From the IMG/VR virus record IMGVR_UViG_2852055501_000007, positions 23,047 to 87,046 of that record: a stretch of DNA of 64,000 nt; one strand, 5' to 3'. Origin of the DNA: a virus. Its lineage: Duplodnaviria; Caudoviricetes. Every line of letters starts with the position of its first letter. Position 1 is the stretch's first letter. The translations under genes were made by a program, and so were the position numbers. The notes under the pieces were generated by a model. That model was not told the origin of the DNA, made no database searches, and was given only the letters and a program-made list of their open reading frames with translations. Of the stretch, positions 8,885 to 18,883 are shown one piece after another.

Positions 8885-9675
8885 CAGGCCACCGCCGGAG
8901 TCATCATCAGTGCCAGCAGTTCCGCTGATTTGCTCTCAAAGAAATGCGGCTGCGTTTCCCTCGGGTTCGCCGGAGATATGATATTTTTGCCGTACAGAAG
9001 CCCCTTTGATGTGACAGACCAGAACAGTTTTTGTGTTCCCTTCGAACCCGGCCGGGCTTTCTGTTCGACAATCCCCAGTTCAGCAAGACGTTTGTATGCT
9101 CTGGTCGCAGACAAGGCTGCATTGTGATTTTTCAGCAGCGTAGTCAGAGAGGTTGTCGGTCTGCTGGAGCCATCCACCGCGCCCGCCGGTGCATCAATCG
9201 CATAGGAGGGAGCCAGATCCGGAAGACCAGCCATTTTTTGCAGTTTCTGATACCCGCCCAGTTTTGAGGAATTCGACAGATTCAGCGTTTTCGCCATAGA
9301 CTCCAGCAGGATAGCGCCTGCCTGTACCTTATCGGCCAGCTGTACCGCCTGCTGTGTTCCGGCCACCGCATCGAACGTACGGATAACCTTCAGGTTGAAC
9401 AGCGGGCTTATCCACATGGCATAGGCATAAACAACCTCACGGGCAACATATGTCCCCTGCTCCGTACCGCCGCGAATGGTGTCTACAGAGGCGATGCTCA
9501 TATCTGAGCATCGGTCGATTTCTGAACACAATGCCTGTGTTGATTCCATCCGCATAAAGTTAGATGGCTTATGGCGCTCTTCACCCCCGGCGGCACGGTG
9601 TAAATCATTCAGGCAATAGCGACCGGCCATGTCCCGGCGCACATTAATACCGTCAACAATAATCAGATTGCTCAT
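8884..9675 (-). CDS. KilA-N domain protein (antirepressor-like)
   Basis: GRYCLNDLHRAAGG, QGTY, VYAYAMWISP.F.LKVIRTFD. Confidence 0.9.
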   Translation of the reverse strand: MSNLIIVDGINVRRDMAGRYCLNDLHRAAGGEERHKPSNFMRMESTQALCSEIDRCSDMSIASVDTIRGGTEQGTYVAREVVYAYAMWISPLFNLKVIRTFDAVAGTQQAVQLADKVQAGAILLESMAKTLNLSNSSKLGGYQKLQKMAGLPDLAPSYAIDAPAGAVDGSSRPTTSLTTLLKNHNAALSATRAYKRLAELGIVEQKARPGSKGTQKLFWSVTSKGLLYGKNIISPANPRETQPHFFESKSAELLALMMTPAVA

Positions 9676-10115
9676 CGTTTATCTCTCCGCTCATTAAGCG
9701 CAGCCGTATACTGCGCCTCACATCGCAGACCGTTTTTTCTTCTCAGTTCCCGCTGTTTTGCCGTGAAAGCCGTAAACAACCGGTTATAGACGGATACAAA
9801 TTCCCGTTCGGTGAGAGTGGCCCGGTTATCTTCCGGTACCGGGTCCGTACAGCGGACCTTTTTTACTCCCCGCCGACAGGCTGCCACCAGTTCCTCATAT
9901 TCGCGGACTTTCTCCTGTGCATCCGGCAATATCCGGAAAGCCATCCGGTCATTCCCCCTCCACCGGGTCGGCGTGACCGCTTCAATCTTCGCTAAAACCC
10001 TGACAGCTGACTGGCTGATACTGCGTGATACGCCGTATTTCTCCATGATGTACCCGGAGGTGATTTCAGTTCCGGCCGGTTCCTCTGCCGCAATTCGGGT
10101 GTAAAGCATCATCAC
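9672..10115 (-). CDS. Hypothetical phage protein (possible wHTH)
   Basis: Translationally coupled ORF in the early right operon. Confidence 0.65.
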   Translation of the reverse strand: MMMLYTRIAAEEPAGTEITSGYIMEKYGVSRSISQSAVRVLAKIEAVTPTRWRGNDRMAFRILPDAQEKVREYEELVAACRRGVKKVRCTDPVPEDNRATLTEREFVSVYNRLFTAFTAKQRELRRKNGLRCEAQYTAALNERRDKR

Positions 10116-10999
10116 GCAACCTCCCGTTCTTTTGCGGCCTGCTCTGTGGCCTGTTTCCAGATATCAATCCAGGTCTTACGCCCCATGAACTCGGTCATGC
10201 GACGGATGCCCGTTTTACCGGCGAGCTCAGCCGCTATCTCCTCAGTACGGTTCCGGGGTTTTGAGCGGGAGCTGATCAGGCGGGTGAATGCCTCGTCACG
10301 CTCTATGGAGTTAGTGTTGTTTCCTGCAGTTCTGCGTTTGAAGTTGGCAGCCTGTCCAAGCCAGTAGCTGAATGCGCGGTGCCAGTCGGTATATTTCGTA
10401 CCCTTGCTGGCGTGGTAATCGCTGAACTTCTGATACTCTTCCTGAACATCCAGTCCGGATGCCTCGGCTTTTCGGGCATGGTCAGCTGCCGGTCGGAAAT
10501 TTTCCGGCATGGCTGTTTTGGGGCCGGATTTTTCAGTACGCGGGATAATATTTTTATTATCTGGATCTATGATCGGATCATGACTGATTCCGGGTGCAGC
10601 TCCTGCACCACTACCGGAACCATTTGCACCACCCGGTGCATCTGCTGCACCAGTCCGGGAACCATTTGCACCACTCACCCCCGCAGGATTTGCACCACAG
10701 GATGCAGGAGATTCACCACTCACAGCGGTAGCATTCAGGCACAGATGATAAATATTTGACTGGTTCAGACCGTTGGCCGATTTTCGTGACTCAACACGAA
10801 CCAGCCCCATTTTCACCAGGGCATTGATGTGGTTCTGCACTGAGCGTTCAGATATTTCACACTGCTCAGCAATGTACGGCACAGACGGCCATGATTCCCC
10901 CTGGTCGTTGGCATTGTCCGCCAGTTTGACCAGTACCAGTTTTCGCAGCGGGTTGCCTGTTTTTATCTGCAAAGCCCGTGCAGTTAAAATCATGCTCAT
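10112..10999 (-). CDS. Phage replication initiator (N-terminal HTH)
   Basis: KLVLVKLADNAND.G..WPS...IAEQCE; internal iteron-like repeats. Confidence 0.85.
   Translation of the reverse strand: MSMILTARALQIKTGNPLRKLVLVKLADNANDQGESWPSVPYIAEQCEISERSVQNHINALVKMGLVRVESRKSANGLNQSNIYHLCLNATAVSGESPASCGANPAGVSGANGSRTGAADAPGGANGSGSGAGAAPGISHDPIIDPDNKNIIPRTEKSGPKTAMPENFRPAADHARKAEASGLDVQEEYQKFSDYHASKGTKYTDWHRAFSYWLGQAANFKRRTAGNNTNSIERDEAFTRLISSRSKPRNRTEEIAAELAGKTGIRRMTEFMGRKTWIDIWKQATEQAAKEREVA
10594..10720. repeat. Iteron-like TGCACCA repeats (probable replication origin)
   Basis: About five TGCACCA copies inside the rep gene, next to an AT-rich patch at 10545-10560. Confidence 0.65.
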
Positions 11000-11190
11000 G
11001 GTTTCACCTCATCCTGACAGCGTGCATACCGTTCCTGAAAGATTTTCAGCGGTTCAAAGCACGGGTGCTCATAACCGTCACGCATGAAAATCACCCGGCT
11101 GTTTTCCCGGTCATACCGGATAACTCGGACTTTCCGTCCCCGCTTATCGGTGTAATACCGGTTCAGATTGTCAGCTGTTTCTTCAGGCAT
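10996..11190 (-). CDS. DUF4222-like protein
   Basis: Y.DKRGRKV.VI.YD....VIFMRDGY.H.C..PL..F. Confidence 0.75.
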   Translation of the reverse strand: MPEETADNLNRYYTDKRGRKVRVIRYDRENSRVIFMRDGYEHPCFEPLKIFQERYARCQDEVKP

Positions 11191-11383
11191 CCTGACCTCC
11201 GCTACGGTAATAAAACTGTGACCAGCTGTCCTCCACCTTTTGCCGGTCTACCATTTCCGGTTTTTTCCGGTAGTTGTCAGCTGTGCCGCAACCCGGTATG
11301 CTTTCCACATAACGAAGTGGTTCACTGCCGGTAACAATGCATTTGAATTGCCTTTCCGGTATTGAATGAGTTAATCTGCTCAT
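11183..11383 (-). CDS. Hypothetical phage protein
   Basis: Coupled ORF, MSRLTH start shared with 57349-57540. Confidence 0.6.
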   Translation of the reverse strand: MSRLTHSIPERQFKCIVTGSEPLRYVESIPGCGTADNYRKKPEMVDRQKVEDSWSQFYYRSGGQDA

Positions 11384-11446
11384 GCGTTTATCTCTTCACA
11401 CAATTGATATGGCGCGATCGAAGCCGGGAGCCGTATACTCCCGGCT

Positions 11447-11911
11447 TCACCCTTTCTGAGTCCGGGTAAATAAAATAATCGTGGATTCAACCTCATCTGT
11501 TCTGGCCTGCATGTCTCTGTAGTGTGCAGTCCGTATTGCATCCGCTTCTCCTGTGGTGATTTCTCCGTCCTCAATAGCCTTACTGATGCACAAATCCACT
11601 GCCCCGCGCATAACGGATGCCCTGACGCTCTTTTCGTATAAGTCAGTACGGCCGATTTCACTTTTTTTCGGGCTGTCCACCAGCAGCATTCCGGACTCCG
11701 CCGCGACATATTCGGCATACAGCACAGTTCCGGAGACTTCCTGCATCACCATCAGGTCATGGTGATCAAAGAACCGGCAGCCGTTTTTCTCATAAAACCG
11801 GTTATTGAATGACGTCAGGGACAAGCCAAGGGAACCGGCCATTGCATCACGTCCGCCGGGGACCAGACTGCACATCTCTCTTACAACTTCTTTCAGGGAT
11901 TGGTTTTTCAT
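11447..11911 (-). CDS. YmfL-family / CII-position regulator
   Basis: PGGR.AMAG.LG, FNNRFYEKNGCRFF; directly after cro. Confidence 0.8.
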   Translation of the reverse strand: MKNQSLKEVVREMCSLVPGGRDAMAGSLGLSLTSFNNRFYEKNGCRFFDHHDLMVMQEVSGTVLYAEYVAAESGMLLVDSPKKSEIGRTDLYEKSVRASVMRGAVDLCISKAIEDGEITTGEADAIRTAHYRDMQARTDEVESTIILFTRTQKG

Positions 11912-11940
11912 TGCCTACTCACTTTCAGATTGGGTTGTAG

Positions 11941-12140
11941 TTAACCGTGCTTTTCCGTGCTGCTATGCTGATAAAGTGCAGGGTTGTACTTGAGTTTTCC
12001 GTTTGTGAGCCGCTCAATTTTCAAAGCTTGTTTTTCGGGAATAGTTTTCTTCCAGCGGCAAACTGCCGGATGACTGATATTAAGAGCTGCGGCTGTTTTT
12101 TTACTCCGCCGAAAAAATGAAGAACATCTCTCTTCAACAT
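11941..12140 (-). pseudogene. Cro-like repressor with one frameshift (possibly a sequencing error)
   Basis: MLKRDVLHFFGGVKK joins TAAALNISHPAVCRW only if the A7 run at 12096-12102 is A8. Confidence 0.75.
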
Positions 12141-12175
12141 TTGTACGACTCCTCAGACCTTTGAACACAAGAAAG

Positions 12176-12237
12176 GTAACAAAAGGTACAATAACATGCA
12201 AACACATTTCACATCATTGTGATGTAACATTGGTTAC
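12176..12237. promoter_or_regulatory. OR operators of prophage A (GTAAC-N4-GTTAC)
   Basis: GTAACAAAAGGTAC 12176-12189 and GTAACATTGGTTAC 12224-12237 between cro and cI. Confidence 0.65.
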
Positions 12238-12897
12238 ATGAAAACGGAAATGAACGAACGCATCAAAGCTCGTCGTACGCAACTCAATATGACGCAACAA
12301 TCCTTGGCAAAAATGCTCGGGGTCTCACGCGTATCCGTTACAAAATGGGAGACAGGTGTCACAAAACCAGATGGTGAAAACCTTCACATGCTGGCTAAAT
12401 CACTGGATGTCTCTCCTGAATGGTTACTATTTGGCGGAAATGAACCACTTTCGACTGAACTGGTATCTGCAAGAAAAACCATTGCTGTCAAACAAATCCC
12501 TGTTATATCTGCCGTACAAGCCGGTGACTGGACATCAACATACGCATCAGCAACTATTGATGATGTACTTCGCTGGGTTAACACAACCGCCCGGGTATCT
12601 GAAAGTGCGTTTGGCCTTGATGTTAAGGGTGATTCAATGACAAACCCAAATGGGGCACCAACAATCCCTGAAGGCTCAACAGTCATTGTTGAAACACAAT
12701 TTGGAAGTATAGAAGATCTATATGGAAAAATTGTTGTTGCAATACTCGATGGCACATCAGACGCCACAATCAAAAAACTAGTCTGGGATGCCCCCTATAC
12801 CTACCTGATTCCGCTGAACCCCAATTTCAAACCGATAGTAGTCAATGGTAACTGTCGAATCATTGGTAGGGTTATTCAGGTTATTCAAAACATCTGA
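12238..12897 (+). CDS. CI-like repressor (HTH + S24 autopeptidase)
   Basis: HTH_3, VQAG cleavage site, GDSM, TIKKL, PLNP; divergent from cro. Confidence 0.95.
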   Translation: MKTEMNERIKARRTQLNMTQQSLAKMLGVSRVSVTKWETGVTKPDGENLHMLAKSLDVSPEWLLFGGNEPLSTELVSARKTIAVKQIPVISAVQAGDWTSTYASATIDDVLRWVNTTARVSESAFGLDVKGDSMTNPNGAPTIPEGSTVIVETQFGSIEDLYGKIVVAILDGTSDATIKKLVWDAPYTYLIPLNPNFKPIVVNGNCRIIGRVIQVIQNI

Positions 12898-12934
12898 TTT
12901 ATCCCTCCCTCATTTGCCTTATCTATGCAGCAAT

Positions 12935-13015
12935 GTAACTTTTTTTACACTAACTATTGACCGCAAATGTAACTTAAGGTACTTTTTATTTCATGTAAGA
13001 GGTACCATTTTTTAC
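12935..13015. promoter_or_regulatory. OL operators of prophage A
   Basis: GTAACTTTTTTTAC 12935, GTAACTTAAGGTAC 12969, GTACCATTTTTTAC 13002 match the OR consensus. Confidence 0.6.
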
Positions 13016-13026
13016 ATGAGGCCAAT

Positions 13027-13239
13027 ATGAACCAAGAACCAATCATCACTACCAACAACATGTCAGCAGACGAAGTTGCGGCGTGGATTACTGAAAAAGC
13101 CCGGGCGCTTCAAAAACTGCAATCACTCCGTGCTGAGCGCCAAAGAGAGATACGTGACCACGAGCGCACTATGGCCCGCCTCGATGAAGACATCGCCAGA
13201 TGGGAAGACTTCTGTGCTTTAACAGTACAACCGCAGTAA
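13027..13239 (+). CDS. First gene of pL-like operon, hypothetical coiled-coil
   Basis: Strong similarity to 61169-61378. Confidence 0.8.
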   Translation: MNQEPIITTNNMSADEVAAWITEKARALQKLQSLRAERQREIRDHERTMARLDEDIARWEDFCALTVQPQ

Positions 13240-13417
13240 CGCCTGCATATCTGAATAACTGTGTGAAGAGTAAGACGACAAAAATAATAACGGTGTAATC
13301 CCTTGTTCGCGGCTGTGCAGCTCTGAACCTTAAAACGGAGGAGCGATGATAATGTCCGTCTGCCAGCCGCAATTTTTTAAACCGCCAATAACAAATTCTA
13401 TTGAGGAGACAGACGCA

Positions 13418-13579
13418 ATGGACTTTAGTCAGCTGCCAAGAAATATTCAGGAAATCGCTGTCGATTTTTTGGAGGAAATAAGTCCGGATGATAAAGAGCC
13501 ATCACTGAAAGTCATCACATTGATAAGAAATGGATTTACAGATATGTATCAGGCAATTGCATCTGAAAATGCTCAGTAA
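13418..13579 (+). CDS. Hypothetical protein
   Basis: GAGGAG RBS before MDFSQLP. Confidence 0.55.
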   Translation: MDFSQLPRNIQEIAVDFLEEISPDDKEPSLKVITLIRNGFTDMYQAIASENAQ

Positions 13580-13729
13580 ACCATACTGTCAATAACCAGA
13601 AATTAAATACATTACAGCCGGTTAAAAAATTATTTTATTCCGTTTATCCGGCGGAATTATTGCTGCCCCGCACCGGGAAAAAATAAATTAATACGATATA
13701 AAATTATTATCACTAATAAGGAACTGTCT

Positions 13730-13957
13730 ATGTCAAAACAGGATAACCCAAGTGTTAAGATTAATATTACAGTGACTTTAAATGAAGCACCCTGCATTAA
13801 TGTTGAGGTAAGTAAGGAATTCAACATACCTGAAAATGCACCTTATATAGCCTCTTTTTTAAAAAAAATCGGTGAACATATTGCCAGCGAAGGGACGACT
13901 ACAGAGGCTATAAAAAAAGCAATAAAAGACACCATTAAAAAAAGAAATATTCACTGA
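13730..13957 (+). CDS. Hypothetical protein
   Basis: AAGGA RBS, 75-aa ORF. Confidence 0.55.
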   Translation: MSKQDNPSVKINITVTLNEAPCINVEVSKEFNIPENAPYIASFLKKIGEHIASEGTTTEAIKKAIKDTIKKRNIH

Positions 13958-14019
13958 AGCTACGCTCTTCTTATATCTGAACAGTCTTAATTGTATACGG
14001 TGATGTGCAGAGTGTGATT

Positions 14020-14262
14020 ATGAAAATGTTAACTTTGGATGAATGGGCAGAAGACCGGTACAGGAGCCGCCCACCTAAACTGGGAACATTACAGCGGTAC
14101 GCCCGATGCGGTCTGTTTTTCCCACCGGCACAGAAAGAAGGCGGTATTTGGCGCGTGAGAGAAGATGCCGAACTTGTCGGTAATTTAATCTCACCGGTGA
14201 TCAGCAAAAGTGACAATCCCAGGTTGCAAAGGATTTTAACTGATGGCTGCCAGACCCCGTAA
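14020..14262 (+). CDS. xis: Excisionase
   Basis: LTLDEWA..., PPAQKEG..WRVREDA; overlaps int start. Confidence 0.88.
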   Translation: MKMLTLDEWAEDRYRSRPPKLGTLQRYARCGLFFPPAQKEGGIWRVREDAELVGNLISPVISKSDNPRLQRILTDGCQTP

Positions 14263-15370
14263 AAATAATATCAATATCCCCAACCTGTACCCGTTTTTCA
14301 GCAGGAAAACCAGCAAGGTGTACTGGCGCTACAGACATCCCGTCACCGGGAAATTCCATTATCTCGGTGACAACGAGGAAGAGGCCAAAATAATCGCGGT
14401 TGAGGCTAATCTGCGACTGGCTGAACAGCGAAGCCGCCAGATAATGGCGATAAGTGATCGGATGGCGAAAATAAAAGGCAAAGAAATCACTGTTAATACC
14501 TGGCTGGATAGGTACCAGAAAATCCAATCGGAGCGTCTGGCAGACGGTGAAATAAAACAGAATACCTTTAAGCAAAAACAGAAACCTGTTGCACTGATGC
14601 GTCATGCGTTGTCACAAAAACCATTACCGGCAGTCGATGCCCGTGATATTGCCGATATTCTGGATCAGTATAAGGCCAGTGGTCAGCACCGGATGGCTCA
14701 GGTTGTCCGTTCAGTGTTAATCGATGTATTCAAAGAAGCGCAGCATGCCGGTGAAGTTCCGCCCGGATATAACCCAGCTCTCGCTACAAAGCAACCACGG
14801 CGAAAGGTCACCCGGCAACGACTTAGTCTGGAAGAATGGCAGAAAATTTATGATATCGCCTGCAAGGACCATAAATATCTCGGAAACGCCATGTTGTTGG
14901 CTGTAGTTACCGGACAGCGCCTCGGAGATATTTCAGAAATGAAGTTCCGTGATATATGGGATGACTATCTGCATGTCATCCAGCAAAAAACCGGAACGCG
15001 GCTTGCTATCCCTCTCTCCCTCCGGTGTCAGGCACTCAATATCAGCCTGCGGGATGTGATTGCCGGATGCCGTGATCTGTATGTCAGCAAATATTTAGTC
15101 CACTACACACGAAACACATCACAGTCACAGCCCGGCGGCCAGGTAACCGCAAATACCCTGACCACCAACTTTAAAAAAGCCAGGGATAAAACCAATATCG
15201 ATTGGGGAGAAGGTACGCCTGCAACATTTCATGAAATGCGGTCATTGTCGGAACGTTTATACCGACAACAAGGAATTAATACCAAAAACCTGTTGGGTCA
15301 TAAAAGCCAGCAACAAACCGATAAATATCATGATGATCGTGGCAAAGATTGGATAAGAGTGTTGATATAA
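14243..15370 (+). CDS. int: Tyrosine integrase (lambda/phage 21 type)
   Basis: MAARPR arm-binding N-terminus, TGQR.GDI, FHEMRSLS, LLGH, Y. Confidence 0.96.
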   Translation: MAARPRKNNINIPNLYPFFSRKTSKVYWRYRHPVTGKFHYLGDNEEEAKIIAVEANLRLAEQRSRQIMAISDRMAKIKGKEITVNTWLDRYQKIQSERLADGEIKQNTFKQKQKPVALMRHALSQKPLPAVDARDIADILDQYKASGQHRMAQVVRSVLIDVFKEAQHAGEVPPGYNPALATKQPRRKVTRQRLSLEEWQKIYDIACKDHKYLGNAMLLAVVTGQRLGDISEMKFRDIWDDYLHVIQQKTGTRLAIPLSLRCQALNISLRDVIAGCRDLYVSKYLVHYTRNTSQSQPGGQVTANTLTTNFKKARDKTNIDWGEGTPATFHEMRSLSERLYRQQGINTKNLLGHKSQQQTDKYHDDRGKDWIRVLI

Positions 15371-15420
15371 TATTTTATTTGCACATAGTTAAATTTGTAT
15401 ATCTGTCTTCTAGGCTACAT

Positions 15421-15444
15421 ATCCGGTTTGTGCCAGCAGCGGAA
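15421..15444 (+). repeat. 24-bp palindromic cargo-border repeat (copy 1)
   Basis: ATCCGGTTTGTGCCAGCAGCGGAA; matches consensus of 21044-21067. Confidence 0.6.
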
Positions 15445-16126
15445 GTTGTCAAGACCACGCTAGATAGGTTGAAATATTGCATATCCTAATGGATATGGAT
15501 TCTACACATAAAAATGCACTGGTTACTGTTTATGTTACTCATCACTTCCCAATCGAGGACAAGTCAGCCCTACCCAAGGGAGCAAACTAAACAAATTGCT
15601 GAATCAGCATGTCTATCCTAATATAATGTCGTCTACTCTCACTTTGCGTTGGCTTTTTTTGAGTAAAAAAATAATTTAAATATCGCCTAAAATGCTAACC
15701 AATTATCTGGAGAGTAATAAAGAAAATGTGGGTAATTCATTTCTTTCATCGAATTATAAAAAAATTCCACAATACGAGAGTTAGAAGTAAATAAAGAGGC
15801 AGTACAGTAACTAAGATCTCCGCATCAGATTTTAAAGATAAATTTCCATCCTATTGCAATAAAATGAAAACAGAGCAGTTATAAACTATGCTTGTTTTTG
15901 TATAAATCCAACATTAATACATACTGATACGATTTTAAGGGTCATGACATTTGTTACTTATGGCCTCTGTTCATAATAGGTTTCCCGCTCGCCACGCTTA
16001 GCCGGGAGGAACAATAGCAGACGTACGAAAATGGTGGCACATTAGATAAATAGCCTATCAACAATAACATTACTGATAGGCAGTTAGGAATTTAACTCAG
16101 TAATTAAAACTGATACTGAGGCTGTT

Positions 16127-18264
16127 TTAGTTTTTTATTTTTGCCATTTTTTTGTAATGTGCAGAATAACCTGTATGCTCGAACACTAATCTAAGTCCCT
16201 CTTTGAAATCATTATAGTTAAACTCCTTAAAGTCAAAAATATTCTGTCCTAATGAATGTGATTCTCTGTTTATGTAGCGAATAAAGGACTGAAATCGTGG
16301 TTTCTTTAACTCTGGTTTTGAGTGACGTTGCTTAAATCTGCTTTTTGTACAAAGTTGAAAAAGTATTCAATTATATTCCTCATGCAGTTAGCAATTAAGG
16401 CTGGAGGTTGTTTGTCATCATTGATTACTGACCAGTAAGACTGGTAGTCATTTGTATTTCATCATACTTCATTAAAATAATTGAACTGCCATTAGAGTTT
16501 TTAGAAAGCCTAAATAAATTTTGAGTTTCTTTTCTTCTTTCATGGTTTGCATCAGCAAGTTCATAGAAAAAATATAGACTGTGAGATAAAACAAATACCT
16601 GTTCTATTTCATCAGAGTTAAAGAAGTCATTTTTATCAGCTGACCAATATTATAAACAAAAATATGTGATAAACTTGATACAGGATCGTCAATTATTGCT
16701 ATTTTCCTTGTTTTACCCTCAGTGGCAATTATTTTACCTCTGAATAGCTCTCTAAAATATAAAAGGCTGATAATCATTTTTTCGCCTTCACTTAATGATG
16801 AGAATATTTTAGAACTAGATTCGTTGCGAACTATACGATAAAGAGTATCTTCATATTTTTCGATATGAAAATCAGTAATTCCGATATCATTTAGACCTTG
16901 ATTTATGTTGAATACTGCCTCATCTATATTCACAGTAGATCTCTGATATTCAATACGTTCTTTATCTTTGACCTTTATCATTTCTTTTTTTCATCTTTTC
17001 TGTATTTTTTGAATGATGATATTATTTGCAATATTTTTATATCGTTGAAATTTAAAATTGTTTGGTCATACTCATACCTTAAGATCTGCCAAAACGATAT
17101 CTTTATTTTTCTAATTCATCTTTTGCATTATCTATTTTAGAATTATGTGTGGCTATTTCAGCATTTACTAATTCTATTAATAAATTGAAGTTATCAACAG
17201 AGTTAGATGTATCAGCCAGAGTTACTGTATTACTGGATTTATTACTTTCTGCTTTATTAGGTCTAGATTTTTCTCTGTATCTTTACTTAATTGGTTATAA
17301 TAGTCACTTAATTTAATTATATGGTTGGCAGAAAATTTGCATTCTTATAATTATCCAGTGAAGGAATTCCGTCAATCAATGACTTATATTTAGTTTGAAT
17401 ATACTTTATTTTTTCTACACTATTTTATATGTCTCGTCGAAATAATTACGAATATGCTGAACCAAGTTTTCAGTAATAGTTTGAGATTGACAAAATGGAC
17501 ACTGGGAATCCCTGTTTGTTCTAAGTATTTTAGCCCTTCATTTACCCAATCTGAGTTCTGAAGCTTACTTATAAGATATGAACGGACTGTCTGTACTTCC
17601 CACAATGACATCTTGAAGTAATTTCACTTCATCAAATGATAATTCAATGGTGTCAATTTTCTCTAACATGTTGTATTTAATTGCTGTCTTGCCATCAACC
17701 GCACTTGCTTCTTCTTTAGGTCAGAGATTTTTTGATGGCTTAGGACTAGGCAAAGGAATGGAGCAAAGATGGTTAAATAGTGATTCTTACTTCCCATTTT
17801 TCCTGACAAACAAAATTCAAGGACCCTATCACCACCTGAATAGTTGGTTTTTATTTCCCATGTTTTATTTGAGCTTGTTTTTTGAATCAGAAATAATGGT
17901 ATTTTGTGCTGAAATTTCATTTTCAATTTCACGTTTTTCATCAGTCAATTTTATTATTTTTAATGTAAGGCTCTCAACCTTTTCTTTTGCTTCTTTATTT
18001 CTTTGGATAAACTAAATATTCCATTTAGAGAATCCTTTGCATAAAATTATCCTGAATGAATTTTTGATTATAGACAAGGATTTCATCATACTCACCTGAG
18101 TGAGAACAATGCTGATATTTTTCATTCTCTATATCATAGAAATAATTAGAGAGAGTACTTTTGCCTGTTCCATTTAAACCATAAATAATATTTACTTTTT
18201 ATCAGTATTTAATTCTGATTTGACTTATAACTTGCAACTTTATTAGCACTATATTGTTTATCAT
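16127..18264 (-). pseudogene. RloC-like SMC/ABC ATPase with zinc hook and HEPN-like C-terminus, multiply frameshifted
   Basis: IIYGLNGTGKSTL (Walker A), QCPFCQ, LSEGEK, IIDDPVSSL, VLSHS, ANCMRNIIEYFF, RYINRESHS across frames. Confidence 0.8.
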
Positions 18265-18679
18265 GATTTACCCTTTAGATATTCGAGACTAAAGACCCAA
18301 GGTTGATAAAGTATCTCTTATGAGAGTCCTAGACAAGTAAGCGAGTGATATTTTGCGACATAGGCACACAAGGCATTACCTGCTACTGCGGCGCCATATT
18401 CTATTCATTGTAGAAGCAGGATATCCGTTAATTGAAAGTGTAGTTTTACAGTTTTCTATTTTCCATATAGCCAGCCGTCATAACTTTATTTCCATTTTGC
18501 TAGTCTGTTTAATTAAAGAATCTATGTGTATAGAATAAGTGTAAACATAATTTATGTACCGAAAGTTTGACAGCTCGGTTGTATTTTTATCCGGGTAGAC
18601 CCAGTTTCATCAAAGTGCAGTCAGGCGCAGAGCCTTTATGCCACAAGTTTCTAATTACCCTCAAAATAGGCATTAAAAA

Positions 18680-18724
18680 TGTGCCAGCGAAGTTGTAATG
18701 TCCATTACTCGCTCAAAGCGGCCC
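18680..18724. repeat. Palindromic cargo-border repeats (one partial, one inverted copy)
   Basis: TGTGCCAGCGAAGTTG then GTCCATTACTCGCTCAAAGCGGCC. Confidence 0.6.
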
Positions 18725-18832
18725 TCTCCTTACCACACATCTAAACCTCAAATTACCCACAATCTGCACAAATTTCATACCGTTTTGCTAAATCATTTTG
18801 CAAACTTTTTGATAACCGTTTCAGACTGAACA

Positions 18833-18862
18833 ATAAAAAACGGAACTAATAAGTTCCCGTTA
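18833..18862 (-). terminator. Terminator downstream of icd 3' end
   Basis: AACGGGAACT..AGTTCCGTT hairpin + T-run. Confidence 0.65.
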
Positions 18863-18883
18863 ATTATTTCACTGCAAACTTAA

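Noticed and set aside
10594-10720. TGCACCA repeats as a novel repeat system
   Set aside because: Inside the replication initiator gene in both prophages, as expected for lambdoid origin iterons
11380-11718. 112-aa alternative-frame ORF overlapping the YmfL-like gene
   Set aside because: Not conserved in the prophage B counterpart and runs through a terminator-like hairpin
2400-15380. Similarity between prophages A and B as an assembly duplication
   Set aside because: Homologous blocks differ by many substitutions and alternate with unrelated modules, as expected for two distinct phages
15450-16120. Partner gene downstream of the RloC-like gene
   Set aside because: No ORF of 60 aa or more and no motif recognised; frameshift errors could hide one
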